Origin: an uncultured Actinomycetota bacterium
Lineage (GTDB): Bacteria; Actinomycetota; Actinomycetes; JAHEKZ01
DNA: 64,000 nt
Assembly: GCA_963829525.1 (NCBI GenBank)
Contig: CAWHIJ010000003.1
Span: forward strand, 2,528,001 to 2,592,000
Direction of reading: 5' to 3'
Each line of letters starts with the position of its first letter. Positions within the stretch are counted from its first letter, which is position 1. The translations under genes were made by a program, and so were the position numbers. This document shows, piece by piece, positions 1 through 9,970 of the stretch. The notes beneath the pieces are model-generated. The model saw only the letters and a list, made by a program, of their open reading frames with translations. It was not told where the DNA came from and searched no databases.

Positions 1-668
1 TAGAGATTCGAGGCCCCCACCAAACGCATGATGGAGGTCTCGCGCCGTCGACTGAAGGCAGCGACCCGAATTACCACCACGATCAGTAGCACCGTCGCAA
101 TCAGCGCAACGAAGGCGATCCCGAGAGCTCCCACCTGGAAGCCGTTGAGAACATTGAAGACGGTGTCAAAGAACGAACGCATATCCACCACGTTCTCAAC
201 GCCAGGCCGCCCCTCAAATGCGCTGGCCACGATGTTGTAGTCCTTCTCAGGATCTACCAGCGTCGCTCGGAACGACTCCTGCAGGTCGTCAGCACTGATG
301 TTGTCGGCTATCTCAGAGTTTGCGAACTGCTCCTGGAAGCGCTCGTACGCGTCCTGCTTTGACTCGTAGAAAACCTCTTTGACCTGCGGGAGAGCCTTGA
401 GGTCTTGCTGGATCTGGATCCGCTGGGCGTCGGTGATGGCACCGTCGGGGCAGGTGGCCCTGTCGCTGTCAATATCGCGACAGAGAAAGAGCGAGACCTC
501 CACCTTGCCGAGCCAGAACTTCTGCATTTCGTTGATCTGCTGGCGAATCAGATTTGCTGTGCCCAACAGGGCTAGAGCGATGCTGATCACCAGAACCGCA
601 GCGACGGTCATGGTGAGATTGCGGCGCAGGCCGGTAGCGGCCTCACTTACGACAAGACTGATGCGCAT
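1..668 (-). CDS. ftsX: Cell division permease FtsX (3' end outside window)
   Basis: Manual translation from ATG at 668: MRISLVVSEAATGLRRNLTMTVAAVLVISIALAL...; GGAAGGA RBS; directly downstream of ftsE. Confidence 0.93.
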   Translation of the reverse strand, partial: MRISLVVSEAATGLRRNLTMTVAAVLVISIALALLGTANLIRQQINEMQKFWLGKVEVSLFLCRDIDSDRATCPDGAITDAQRIQIQQDLKALPQVKEVFYESKQDAYERFQEQFANSEIADNISADDLQESFRATLVDPEKDYNIVASAFEGRPGVENVVDMRSFFDTVFNVLNGFQVGALGIAFVALIATVLLIVVVIRVAAFSRRRETSIMRLVGASNL

Positions 669-683
669 GGTGTCCTTCCGACC

Positions 684-1373
684 TCAGCGGGCGTAGCCGT
701 AGACGCCGCGCGACTGGTCACGCACGAGGAGGCCGCGCTCGAGCTCGATCACTCGGCGCCGCATCTGGTCGACGATGTCGGCGTCGTGGGTCGCCATCAC
801 TACGGTCGTGCCGGTTCGATTGATCCGATCGAGCAGTTTCATGATTCCGACGCTGGTATGAGGGTCGAGGTTTCCCGTGGGCTCATCGGCGATGAGAATT
901 GCTGGTCGGTTGACGAAGGCTCTCGCGACGGCCACGCGTTGCTGCTCGCCACCAGAGAGCTCACCGGGATAGCGATCCTCCTTGCCGGCAAGACCAACGA
1001 GCTCGATCACCTCGGGCACCACCTTCGCAATCAGGTGGCTGGGGCGCCCAGTGACCTCCAGAGCAAAGGCGACGTTCTCGTGGACGGTCTTGTTCGGCAA
1101 CAACCGGAAGTCCTGGAAGACAGTGCCTATCTGTCGACGAAGCTGCGGCACCTTCCAGTTCGACAGGCGGGCGATGTCTTTGCCCGTGACGAAGACCTGG
1201 CCCGACGTCGCCCGCTCCTCGCGCAACACGAGACGCAGAAGCGTGGACTTGCCCGACCCCGAGGCGCCCACGAGGAAGACAAACTCCCCCTTGTCGATCT
1301 CCAAGGTCACATGGTCCAAAGCGGGGCGCGCCTGACTGGGATAGACCTTGGTGACGTCATCCAACCTGATCAT
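684..1373 (-). CDS. ftsE: Cell division ATP-binding protein FtsE
   Basis: Walker [18 protein letters not shown] signature, [14 protein letters not shown]-terminal [10 protein letters not shown]; start taken at MIRLDDV (229 aa), alternative GTG at 1415. Confidence 0.96.
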   Translation of the reverse strand: MIRLDDVTKVYPSQARPALDHVTLEIDKGEFVFLVGASGSGKSTLLRLVLREERATSGQVFVTGKDIARLSNWKVPQLRRQIGTVFQDFRLLPNKTVHENVAFALEVTGRPSHLIAKVVPEVIELVGLAGKEDRYPGELSGGEQQRVAVARAFVNRPAILIADEPTGNLDPHTSVGIMKLLDRINRTGTTVVMATHDADIVDQMRRRVIELERGLLVRDQSRGVYGYAR

Positions 1374-1550
1374 GGAGTGGCCCGGCCGGGTCGGGGACAG
1401 GGGGAAGACGGGCACGAGGGCCCGGGCGACCGGGATGCTTAGTCTACGGGCCGCCAGTGGCTAGGTCAGTCACCCCCGGCGCCTGCGCGTGGCGACCGGC
1501 AGTGTCTGACTCGCCGTTCAGCGCGATGGCATGGTGAGCGCGGAGGGAAG

Positions 1551-1584
1551 GTGAAGGGGTGCGACCGAAGCCGCACCCCTTCAC
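1551..1584 (-). terminator. Perfect 13-bp stem hairpin, probable terminator of the LPXTG gene
   Basis: GTGAAGGGGTGCG-N8-CGCACCCCTTCAC, about 20 nt after the stop at 1604. Confidence 0.7.
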
Positions 1585-1603
1585 ACGCTCGTTCGTGGAG
1601 CGC

Positions 1604-2674
1604 TTAGTGCTTGCGGTGATACCTAGCGGGCATCAGGCGACCGGGTCCGAGAAGCAGCAGGACGCCGATTCCGATGAGCAGCAGGGAGATCCCGACAGCA
1701 CCGGCCACCGGGGTGCCAGATCCGGTCTGCGGAAGCGCACCAGCTGAACTCTGGGTTTCGATGACCTGTGGCGCGGCGCTCGACGGCGGGTTGCCTCGCT
1801 CCTTCGTCTCAGTGTCGGAAGGCTTCGGCGCCTTCGTCGTCTTCGGCGGCTTTGTGGTGGTCGGAGGGGTGCTCAAGGACGTGCTCGGCGAAGCTGATCC
1901 GGTGCTCTCCGTCTCGCTCGGGACCGTAACGAAGCAGTCCTTCTCATAAAGCGCGATTCCCTCGGGAGTCCAGTTCAGACCGTCGTGGGCGCCCGTGATC
2001 GGCGGGATGATGTCGCCCCATTCGTCCCCACTGAACGGTGGCTGGTAGTCGGCCTCCGGGTCAAACAGCGGCCCGTCGTGCTCTAGGTAGTGGTCTCCCC
2101 GGCCGTTGTCGTTGGTAGCGTCCCCGTCTGCCGCACTGACGTTGACGGTGATCCGAACGTACGGCTTGGTGAGCGACCTGGTGCGATGGCAGAGCGTGAC
2201 CTTCTCTTCGACCGGCGGGCTTGAAGTGACCGGGATACTCGACTCGGACTCGCTCGGCGACGGCCCAGGCACGTTGCAGTCGTTGTAGTAGATCGCCATA
2301 CCATCGATAGTCCAGTTCAGACCCTGATGGACGCCCTCGATCGGCGGGATGATGTCGCCCCATTCGTCCCCGCTCATTGGCTTGGGGTAGTCAGCTTCGG
2401 GGTCGAAGACCGGCCCGCGGTGCTCGGCATAGTGATCGCCACGGCCTTTGTTGTTGCCCAGGTCACCGTCGACCGATGACTGCGCGACCCTGATCACGAC
2501 GTACGGGTTGCTCACCGAGTTTGTCCGGTGGCAGATGGTGACCTTCGAGTCGTTGCCGGGCTGACCGCCTGGGTTCGCCACAGCTGTGCCCATCCCCAAC
2601 CACGGCAACGGTGCGAGAGCGACCAGCAGTGCTCCCCCCCACCGAGCCGCCCGGGTGTGCCGGGAAATACTCAT
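1604..2674 (-). CDS. Secreted, probably sortase-anchored (LPQTG) protein with two tandem ~90-aa KVT(I/L)CH domains and a Pro/Ser/Thr stalk
   Basis: Signal peptide MSISRHTRAARWGGALLVAL...AVA; duplicated domain 114 aa apart; LPQTG followed by a hydrophobic helix and basic tail RYHRKH; GGAGGG RBS before ATG 2674. Confidence 0.85.
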   Translation of the reverse strand: MSISRHTRAARWGGALLVALAPLPWLGMGTAVANPGGQPGNDSKVTICHRTNSVSNPYVVIRVAQSSVDGDLGNNKGRGDHYAEHRGPVFDPEADYPKPMSGDEWGDIIPPIEGVHQGLNWTIDGMAIYYNDCNVPGPSPSESESSIPVTSSPPVEEKVTLCHRTRSLTKPYVRITVNVSAADGDATNDNGRGDHYLEHDGPLFDPEADYQPPFSGDEWGDIIPPITGAHDGLNWTPEGIALYEKDCFVTVPSETESTGSASPSTSLSTPPTTTKPPKTTKAPKPSDTETKERGNPPSSAAPQVIETQSSAGALPQTGSGTPVAGAVGISLLLIGIGVLLLLGPGRLMPARYHRKH

Positions 2675-2896
2675 GACCGATCCCTCCCTCACGCCGGGCC
2701 GGTCTCACCTCTCGCTCCCCGTGACCACTGGGCGAGTCGCGCCCGGGGTGACCGTAACGCGGCCACGGATCAAAGCTTCCCTGCCAGAACAGTACCGAGA
2801 TGCCCTCACTCAAAGTTAGGGCCCTTCGGCCAAGGTCACCCATTTGCCCGGGTGACCTTGCTAACTCACAGTAGTGGGGGCAGACACCCTCACCAA

Positions 2897-2924
2897 GGAT
2901 TTGGGAAATGTGTTTCCCAGATCC
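2897..2924 (-). terminator. Hairpin just downstream of prfB
   Basis: GGATTTGGGAAA-TGTG-TTTCCCAGATCC, 12-bp stem with one non-Watson-Crick pair, about 10 nt after the prfB stop. Confidence 0.5.
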
Positions 2925-2933
2925 GGGTCAGGC

Positions 2934-4055
2934 CTACGTCGATGCGCTCAAGTTCTCCTGCTGCTTACGCCACCGGATCCCCGCCTCAATGAAGGCGTCA
3001 AGGTCACCGTCGAGTACCGCGTCGGGGTTCCCCACCTCGACCTCGGTCCGCAAGTCTTTGACCATTTGGTACGGGTGCAGGACGTATGAGCGCATCTGGT
3101 TGCCCCAGGACCCACTGGTCTCGCCCTTGAGGGCGGCCATCTTGGCCCGCTCTTCCTCGCGGCGCTTGGCCAGCAGTCTGGCCTGAAGCACACGAAGCGC
3201 CGCAGCCCGATTCTGAATCTGAGACTTCTCGTTCTGACAGCTGACAACGATCCCGGTCGGCAGGTGGGTGATACGCACGGCCGAGTCAGTGGTGTTGACG
3301 CTCTGGCCGCCCGGGCCGCTGGAACGGAAGACGTCAATCCGCATCTCGGACTCGGGAATCTCGATGTGGTCGGTCTGCTCGACGACCGGGAGCACCTCGA
3401 CCCCGGCGAACGAGGTCTGACGGCGCCCCTGATTGTCAAACGGCGAGATCCGCACCAGCCGGTGCGTCCCCTGCTCAACGCTCAGAGTTCCATACGCATA
3501 GGGAGCCTTGACCGCGAACGTGGCCGACTTGATGCCAGCCTCCTCGGCATAGGAGATCTCATAGACCTCGGTGGGGTAGCCGTGCCGCTCGCACCAGCGT
3601 AGATACATGCGCATCAGCATCTCGGTCCAGTCGGCTGCGTCAACTCCCCCTGCCTCGGCGCGGACGGTCACCAGCGCCTCGCGGAGGTCGTACTCGCCCG
3701 AGAGCAGCGTGAGCGCCTCTTGCTCACTGACGATCCTGGTCAGGTCGACCAGCTCAGCCTCAGCCTCGGCCAGCGCATCGGCGTCGCCTTCAGCCTCGGC
3801 GAGCTCGAACATGAGCGACAGGTCATCGACTCGTTGTCGAAGACCGCCGACCCGGCGCAGCAACCCTTGCACGGCCGAAAGCCTGCTGGTGACCTTCTGC
3901 GCGGCTTCTTGGTCGTTCCAGAGGTCGGGCGCAGCTGCCTGCTCTTCCAGGGCCGCGACCTCGGCACGGAGCTTCGGAAGATCGAGCACGCTCTCGATGC
4001 TGCCCAGCGTCGTCTGGAGCTGGGCAATCACCTCGGAACTCTCGGGGCTGGCCAC
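2934..4055 (-). CDS. prfB: Peptide chain release factor 2
   Basis: SPF tripeptide (RISPFD), GGQ motif, [13 protein letters not shown]; continuous ORF; start placed at GTG 4055 (VASPESS). Confidence 0.97.
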   Translation of the reverse strand: MASPESSEVIAQLQTTLGSIESVLDLPKLRAEVAALEEQAAAPDLWNDQEAAQKVTSRLSAVQGLLRRVGGLRQRVDDLSLMFELAEAEGDADALAEAEAELVDLTRIVSEQEALTLLSGEYDLREALVTVRAEAGGVDAADWTEMLMRMYLRWCERHGYPTEVYEISYAEEAGIKSATFAVKAPYAYGTLSVEQGTHRLVRISPFDNQGRRQTSFAGVEVLPVVEQTDHIEIPESEMRIDVFRSSGPGGQSVNTTDSAVRITHLPTGIVVSCQNEKSQIQNRAAALRVLQARLLAKRREEERAKMAALKGETSGSWGNQMRSYVLHPYQMVKDLRTEVEVGNPDAVLDGDLDAFIEAGIRWRKQQENLSAST

Positions 4056-4201
4056 GTCGCACGAGCGTACGTGATCGTGCATTGGGGGCGGATGGTGGCC
4101 ACTGCAGTAGCCACCATCATTGGCGGTGATCGGTGTACCTCAGAGGTACATCAGACGCCGCGAATGGCGCATCGGCCCCTAGGGTCGGAGCGGAGGTGGA
4201 A

Positions 4202-5269
4202 GTGATCAAGTACCTGGGGTCCAAGCGGACCCTCGTCCCGGTGCTCGGCGCAATCGCCAGTGCAGTCGAGGCAGAGACTGCGGTCGACCTCTTCAGCGGC
4301 ACCACCCGCGTTGCCCAAGAGTTCAAGCGCCGCGGCATCGAGGTGACGGCAGCCGACATCGCCACCTACAGCGAAGTTCTGGCCCAGTGCTACGTCGCGA
4401 CCGATGCGCGTGACATAAGCGGTGAGGAACTCGCCGACGCCCTCGCTGAGCTTTCCAGCCTCCCCGGGCGGCGGGGCTACTTCACCCGCACGTTCTGCGA
4501 GGAGTCGCGGTACCTGCAGCCCAAGAACGGCGAGCGCGTGGATGCCATGCGCGACTACCTGGCGGACCGCTACGCCGGCTCTGCGCTTTTCCCGGTCTTG
4601 CTCACCGCAGTGATGCTGGCCGCCGACCGCGTCGACTCAACGACTGGCGTGCAGATGGCCTACCTCAAGCAGTGGGCTCCGCGAGCGGAGCGCGACCTCG
4701 AGCTGCGTGTTCCCGAGCTCATCCCGGGGTCCGGAACTGCGGTGCGCGGCGATGCCTTCGACCTGGTCAAGACGCTTCCCCACACCGACTTGGCCTATCT
4801 GGACCCGCCCTACAACCAGCACCGCTACTTCACGAACTACCACGTGTGGGAGACGTTGGTGCGGTGGGATGAGCCCGACCACTACGGGATCGCCTGCAAG
4901 CGAATCGATGCGCGCGACGAGTCGACCAAGAGCGCTTTCAACCGCAAGCGTCAGATGCCCGATGCGCTGCGTTCGGTCATCGTCGGCACCAAGGCCGATG
5001 TCGTGGTGGTCAGCTACAACGACGAGTCGTGGGTGACGCCTGATCAGTTGATGACGTGGCTTGGCGAAGCGGGTCATGATGACGTGCGCCTTCTGTCCTA
5101 CGACAGCAAGAGGTATGTGGGTGCACAGATCGGAATCCACAATCCCTCCGGCCACAAGGTCGGAACGGTGAAGCGGCTGCGCAACACCGAGTACCTGGTT
5201 ATCGCTGGTGAGGCGGCACGCGTTGCCGCAGCGGTGGTGGCCGCAGAACACCCCATGCTCAAGGTATGA
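4202..5269 (+). CDS. Adenine-specific DNA methyltransferase (D12/alpha-class motif order), orphan
   Basis: IKYLGSKRTL, SAM-binding DLFSGT, catalytic YLDPPY; GGAGG RBS before GTG 4202. Confidence 0.9.
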   Translation: MIKYLGSKRTLVPVLGAIASAVEAETAVDLFSGTTRVAQEFKRRGIEVTAADIATYSEVLAQCYVATDARDISGEELADALAELSSLPGRRGYFTRTFCEESRYLQPKNGERVDAMRDYLADRYAGSALFPVLLTAVMLAADRVDSTTGVQMAYLKQWAPRAERDLELRVPELIPGSGTAVRGDAFDLVKTLPHTDLAYLDPPYNQHRYFTNYHVWETLVRWDEPDHYGIACKRIDARDESTKSAFNRKRQMPDALRSVIVGTKADVVVVSYNDESWVTPDQLMTWLGEAGHDDVRLLSYDSKRYVGAQIGIHNPSGHKVGTVKRLRNTEYLVIAGEAARVAAAVVAAEHPMLKV

Positions 5270-5717
5270 CCGCGGTCCGAGCCGTCGCTGAGGCCGATAC
5301 CTCGGCGGAGCCCGATGCGCCCGCAGTGACTGCGCTGGCCACCGGTAGCTGCAAGCGCGCCGCTAACCCCACCGACACTGTCGTCGCCGAGGTCGAGATG
5401 CTCACCTCGAACTCCCCAGTGACCAGACCTGCGTCAGACAGGTACTCGCGGACAGCTCTTTCGGCGGCAACCTGGTCGAGCGGGACCGGTCCGCTGGACG
5501 GCAGACCGTTTTGATAGACCGACTCCTCGTCCACGGCTTGCGCACCGGCCAAAGCGGCACCGTCAGCCGCAGCGACTAGTTCGCGACGCTCAAGGTATAG
5601 CGCGCTGACGTCAGTAACCACAGCCACAAGCAGCGCAGCGACCACCACGAGCCCGATGATCAGCAGCAGCACGGTGCCCTCGTCACTCCGCGCAGACGAC
5701 CGAAGGAACCCACTCAC
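5259..5717 (-). CDS. TadG-like pilus assembly protein / pseudopilin
   Basis: DEG|TVLLLIIG prepilin-like N-terminus, AADGAALAGA motif, last gene of tad cluster. Confidence 0.85.
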   Translation of the reverse strand: MSGFLRSSARSDEGTVLLLIIGLVVVAALLVAVVTDVSALYLERRELVAAADGAALAGAQAVDEESVYQNGLPSSGPVPLDQVAAERAVREYLSDAGLVTGEFEVSISTSATTVSVGLAARLQLPVASAVTAGASGSAEVSASATARTAVIP

Positions 5718-6145
5718 GGGCGCACTTCGCTGTACTGGTCCACGGTTTGAGTGTGCGAGGCCGTAACCGGAACGCTTGCGAGCTCATGTGACCCAAACTT
5801 CGGGAGAAACGGAAGGTTGACCGTTGTCCGGTAACTGAACCTCACCGTCGCTCCCGGTGTGAGGCAAGGAGTCGTTGAGCAGGAAATGGTCAGGTCGCCC
5901 GGTTCCAGCACCAAGCCGTTGTCCGCCAGGGTGACGCCGGCTGCGGCCGTTGCACGCCGTTCACCCTCGAGAGTCGACGGGGCGCGAACGAAGACCCTGG
6001 CCGCCTCTCGGGTAGCAGCGCTGGCGCCAAAGGCCGCTCGCTGCACGTCAAACACCGCTAACACCAGGTAGCAGAGGGGTACCGCCAACGCCACGGCTAG
6101 GACGATGAACTCGACCATGGCGGCCCCATCGTCGTCGTTGTTCAC
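5714..6145 (-). CDS. TadE-like pseudopilin
   Basis: G|AAMVEF motif, hydrophobic helix, ATREAAR. Confidence 0.85.
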   Translation of the reverse strand: MNNDDDGAAMVEFIVLAVALAVPLCYLVLAVFDVQRAAFGASAATREAARVFVRAPSTLEGERRATAAAGVTLADNGLVLEPGDLTISCSTTPCLTPGATVRFSYRTTVNLPFLPKFGSHELASVPVTASHTQTVDQYSEVRP

Positions 6146-6528
6146 GACTCCTCCATCGCGTGGCCTGTCACGCGTAGCACACCCGAGGGGCCAAGCCAGC
6201 CGAAGACCGGTAAGTCGGCCCGTACTTCGACCTCGACGGTGCGCACGCCGCCGACGACTTCGTAGCTGGAGAAGACCTGATCTGCATAGGAGTCGGGCAA
6301 ACTCTGTCGGATCAAAGCACGGGTGTGCTCGGCTCCGTCCTCTGGATATCGGTCCGCGGCGGCCGCAAATCGAGCCCCTTCACCGGCAGCCGAGATAAGT
6401 GTGTTCCGAATGTGCAACGCCATCCCGAGTTGTACGACGGCCAACAAGAGGGCCACGACAAGGACTGACACCAGCACGAACTCAACGACGGCCGAGCCCG
6501 CGTCCTGGCCCTCACGGACCTGTGACAC
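6142..6528 (-). CDS. tadE: TadE-family pseudopilin
   Basis: G|SAVVEF motif, AAGEGAR. Confidence 0.88.
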   Translation of the reverse strand: MSQVREGQDAGSAVVEFVLVSVLVVALLLAVVQLGMALHIRNTLISAAGEGARFAAAADRYPEDGAEHTRALIRQSLPDSYADQVFSSYEVVGGVRTVEVEVRADLPVFGWLGPSGVLRVTGHAMEES

Positions 6529-6700
6529 GGCCCAACGCCGATGTGAAGATGGAACGCAGCTGGTCGTCGGCTACCAACCACAGGGCTGTGACCAGACCCG
6601 CAGTCATCACCGTCACCAGCACCCACCCAGGTACATCTCCGCGATCGTCGCGCATCCGCTGAAGGCGTCGCCAGAGCGCGCCCGTTGCTTGGTGGTACAT
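6512..6700 (-). CDS. Small Flp-like pilin
   Basis: 62 aa, DDRG|DVPGWVLVTVMTAGLV hydrophobic segment; GGGAGG RBS before ATG 6700; position between tadC and tadE. Confidence 0.75.
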   Translation of the reverse strand: MYHQATGALWRRLQRMRDDRGDVPGWVLVTVMTAGLVTALWLVADDQLRSIFTSALGRVTGP

Positions 6701-6723
6701 GAATCCTCCCGTTGTCGACACTG

Positions 6724-7644
6724 TCAGGAACCCAAAGAAAGCCCGTAGAAGCCCGGAAAGAGGACGAAGAGCACCGAGAGCGGTAGCACCAGAAAGACAA
6801 CGGGGACCATCATCCCGATCTCTTTGCGGCCCCCCGCTTCGATCAGGGCTCGACGAGCGGCCTCGCGGGCGTCGGCTGCCTGAGCAGCCAGCACATCCGC
6901 AAGTGGCGTGCCGCGCTCAACAGCCACGACGACCGCATCTACGAAACGAGTCACTTCACTCAGTTCATTGCGGGTAGCTAACCGCTGGAGGGATGGCACC
7001 AGTGGAAGCCCGACGCGGGTGTCATCGAGGACGCGAGTGATCTCCCCAGCTACGACGCCGTGACCCACTCCGCTCACTCGCTCCAGGGCGGCAGTGAGAC
7101 TCGCACCAGCACCGACCGCCATGGCGAGCATCTCGATGATCGTCGGCAACTCTGTCCGCATACGCTCGGTGCGCCCCTTGACTGCACGGGTGAGCGCGTG
7201 GTCGCGAGCGAGAACCCCAGCCCCTGCGGCTAGGCCCACCAAGAGCAAACCTGGAATCCAGTTCTCGAAAGAGTTGCCGCGCAGGACGAGGAACGCTCCA
7301 GCCAGGACTGCCGACACCGCTCCCCAGCCGACCTGCTCGAGGCGAAAGAGTTCCACCGAGTGCTCAGGCCCCAGCGCATCCAGCCGGCGTCGAGCACTGC
7401 CATCCCCTCCTGTGATCCAGGCAACCCGCCGCGCGGCGGCTTCCACGAGCGCGAGGGTCCAGCGTGGCAGCCATGTCGCACTAAGACCGGAGGCACCTTC
7501 GTCCCGCCAGACAGCCTCTACCCGGCCGAGATAGGGCGTCACACGGCTGCGCAGGGGTGGAGCCAGCGGGCTAGGGATGCCCTGCACGACGAGCCAGACG
7601 CCGAGTGAGGACGTCCCCATGAGAACTACTTCGACGCCGCTCAC
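6724..7644 (-). CDS. tadC: TadC-like type II secretion system F family protein
   Basis: ELPTIIEMLAMAVGAG, ERGTPLADVL, KEIGMMVPVVFLVLP. Confidence 0.88.
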   Translation of the reverse strand: MSGVEVVLMGTSSLGVWLVVQGIPSPLAPPLRSRVTPYLGRVEAVWRDEGASGLSATWLPRWTLALVEAAARRVAWITGGDGSARRRLDALGPEHSVELFRLEQVGWGAVSAVLAGAFLVLRGNSFENWIPGLLLVGLAAGAGVLARDHALTRAVKGRTERMRTELPTIIEMLAMAVGAGASLTAALERVSGVGHGVVAGEITRVLDDTRVGLPLVPSLQRLATRNELSEVTRFVDAVVVAVERGTPLADVLAAQAADAREAARRALIEAGGRKEIGMMVPVVFLVLPLSVLFVLFPGFYGLSLGS

Positions 7645-8495
7645 CGAAGCACCCTCGTTTCGGTTGGCAGGCGCCCGATCCGCATCATCAGCCGATACGC
7701 CCCCATCGAGACGAGGGCGCCGAAAAGCAGGACTCCCGCCCCGGCAGGGGTGTTATAGGCAGCAACCGCAGCAGGGCGCGTACCGAGCAGCAGCAGGAGA
7801 ACCCACGGGGCGGCCACGGCAAGTCGTGCCGCGTTGACGGTCCAGCTCTGTCGACTCTCGAGCTCCCCCCGGACCCGGGAATCATCCCGCAAGAAGGTAG
7901 CGAGCGTCCGTAGCAGCCTCCCAAGGTCAGTGCCGCCCACTTCGCGCGCCAACCGGAGCGCCTCTACGACTCGGTCGCCAACGGGATCGGAGAGGGCAAG
8001 CTTCAGGGCGTCCAAAGACTCAGAAAACCGCCCAGACGATCGGTAAGCCGCAACGAAGGAGGCGAAGGCCGGCCTCAACTCCTCAGGCCCGGAATCACTG
8101 AGCTGTCCAACGGCCTCCGGAAGGGCCAACCCAGCCCTGATCCCTGAGGCCAAGTGCTCGATAGCATCTGGCCAAACCTGCCTCAACTCAGCCTGACGTC
8201 TGCGTTGCACATGGCGGACCCATGCAATCGGTAGAGGAGCAACCACTCCGCCGATCGCGATAGCGACAACTGTCGACTCGGACATCGCAAAGACGACCAG
8301 CCCAACGACGCCCCCAACTGCGCCGCAGACCAACACAAGTCGAGACGAACTCACGTGAGCCATTCCCGCCTCAGACAACAGCTCGGTAAGCCGTGAACGC
8401 CGCGGCTCAAGCATCAACTGGGGAGCGACAGCAGTCCACAGCGTGAGCGAGAGCCCTAGTCCGAGAGCCAGGGACAGACTGAGTTGTGTCACCAT
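7641..8495 (-). CDS. tadB: TadB-like type II secretion system F family protein
   Basis: WPDAIEHLASGIRAGLALPEA, REVGGTDLG; start placed at ATG 8495 overlapping the tadA stop. Confidence 0.88.
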   Translation of the reverse strand: MVTQLSLSLALGLGLSLTLWTAVAPQLMLEPRRSRLTELLSEAGMAHVSSSRLVLVCGAVGGVVGLVVFAMSESTVVAIAIGGVVAPLPIAWVRHVQRRRQAELRQVWPDAIEHLASGIRAGLALPEAVGQLSDSGPEELRPAFASFVAAYRSSGRFSESLDALKLALSDPVGDRVVEALRLAREVGGTDLGRLLRTLATFLRDDSRVRGELESRQSWTVNAARLAVAAPWVLLLLLGTRPAAVAAYNTPAGAGVLLFGALVSMGAYRLMMRIGRLPTETRVLR

Positions 8496-9727
8496 GAACG
8501 ACCCTCGGCAAGCAGTGACATGAGGTCGATGCCTCGTTCCTGAAAGCGGTCGGCATGCGGCGGTAATCCGGAGCCCCGAATCAGGGAGCCATCGCGCCAT
8601 CGGAAGAGGTGCTCCAGCTCAATAACGTCACCTTCCGCGCGCCCGGGGACACCGACAACCTCACGAACCCTGCGACGTCCCAGTGCGTCGTTCATCACAT
8701 GCACCACTACGTCGACGGACGTCGCAACAGTGGGAACGACGAAAGAGTGGCCGACATTTTCTCCGGCAAGCAGCGGCAGCGTACACAGCTTTGTCACCGC
8801 CTCCCGCGCGGAGTTTGCGTGCAGCGAACACATACCAGGCAAGCCGCTATTCAACGCGATCAGAAGATCCAGGCACTCCTCTTGACGGACCTCTCCCACA
8901 ATGATTCGCGAAGGACGCATCCTCAACGCCTCCTTGATTAGGCGTCGCAGCCGAATTTCACCCGTTCCCTCAAGACTGGCCTGACGGGTCTGCAAGGCCA
9001 CCACGTCAGGCAGCGGAACTTGCAGCTCGAATACTTCTTCCACCGTGATAACTCGTTCGTCTGGCGGGATCGCCGCAGCGAGGCAGTTGAGCAAAGTGGT
9101 CTTACCGGCCTGAGTACCTCCAGCGACAATGATGTTGAGGCCAGCAACGACGCAGGCTTCGAGGAACTGGGCTGCATGCACAGTGAGCGTCCCAAATCCC
9201 ACGAGTTGGTCAAGACGTTCCGCTTTGACGACGAACTTTCGGATGTTGACCGCCCAATGCTCCCGAGTGATGTCCGGGATCACCACGTGGATCCGGCTTC
9301 CATCGGGCAACGTCGCGTCAACGAAGGGCGAACTGAGGTCCACCCGCCGGTTGGACGGCTTGAGCATGCGCTCGACGAGGTCGCGCACCTGTTCGCCCTT
9401 CAGCAGCGTCGGGGTGAGTTCGCTCCGCCCACCTCGTGCCACGAACACTCGACCCGGGGAGTTGATCCAGAGCTCTTCGACGTTGGGATCATCGAGGTAC
9501 TGCTGCAACGGCCCCAGCCCCGCAACCGCGTCGATGACGTCGCGCGCCAGTTGGTCCGCATCAGCGATGGGTACTACGTGGCTTCCGAGGCTGCGTTGCT
9601 CGTAGTCGGCTAGCACCTCGTCGACAACAACGCGCACCGACCGTGGGTCCGTGAGCGGGTCGATTCCCCGCACTCGGACCCTGTTGCGCACCTCGGTCTC
9701 CACCACCGATGCAGAATCCATCCCCAT
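8489..9727 (-). CDS. tadA: TadA/CpaF pilus assembly ATPase
   Basis: Walker A GGTQAGKTT, ALRMRPSRIIVGEVR, His box SLHANS. Confidence 0.95.
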   Translation of the reverse strand: MGMDSASVVETEVRNRVRVRGIDPLTDPRSVRVVVDEVLADYEQRSLGSHVVPIADADQLARDVIDAVAGLGPLQQYLDDPNVEELWINSPGRVFVARGGRSELTPTLLKGEQVRDLVERMLKPSNRRVDLSSPFVDATLPDGSRIHVVIPDITREHWAVNIRKFVVKAERLDQLVGFGTLTVHAAQFLEACVVAGLNIIVAGGTQAGKTTLLNCLAAAIPPDERVITVEEVFELQVPLPDVVALQTRQASLEGTGEIRLRRLIKEALRMRPSRIIVGEVRQEECLDLLIALNSGLPGMCSLHANSAREAVTKLCTLPLLAGENVGHSFVVPTVATSVDVVVHVMNDALGRRRVREVVGVPGRAEGDVIELEHLFRWRDGSLIRGSGLPPHADRFQERGIDLMSLLAEGRSW

Positions 9728-9970
9728 CCCACACTCCCCTCGGGTTGCGGGAGCCTAGGGATGACACAGCCCCTGCTCAACCTCTTCGACGAAACTGGGG
9801 ATAACCTCCGCCCACAAGGCCGAACTGCATCACCCAGCACAACTGGACCCTCACCGAACGTGTCACTACGCGCGGTGACCTCTCCGCCGTGATGAGTGAC
9901 AAGGGACTCTGGCAATCGCCTGCCGAGCACGCCAGAGTGGTCGGCACGGACGTTGTCACTGGGAGGGCTC

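Noticed and set aside
2934-4082. Programmed +1 frameshift in prfB
   Set aside because: The ORF is continuous and no CTT-TGA shift site is needed
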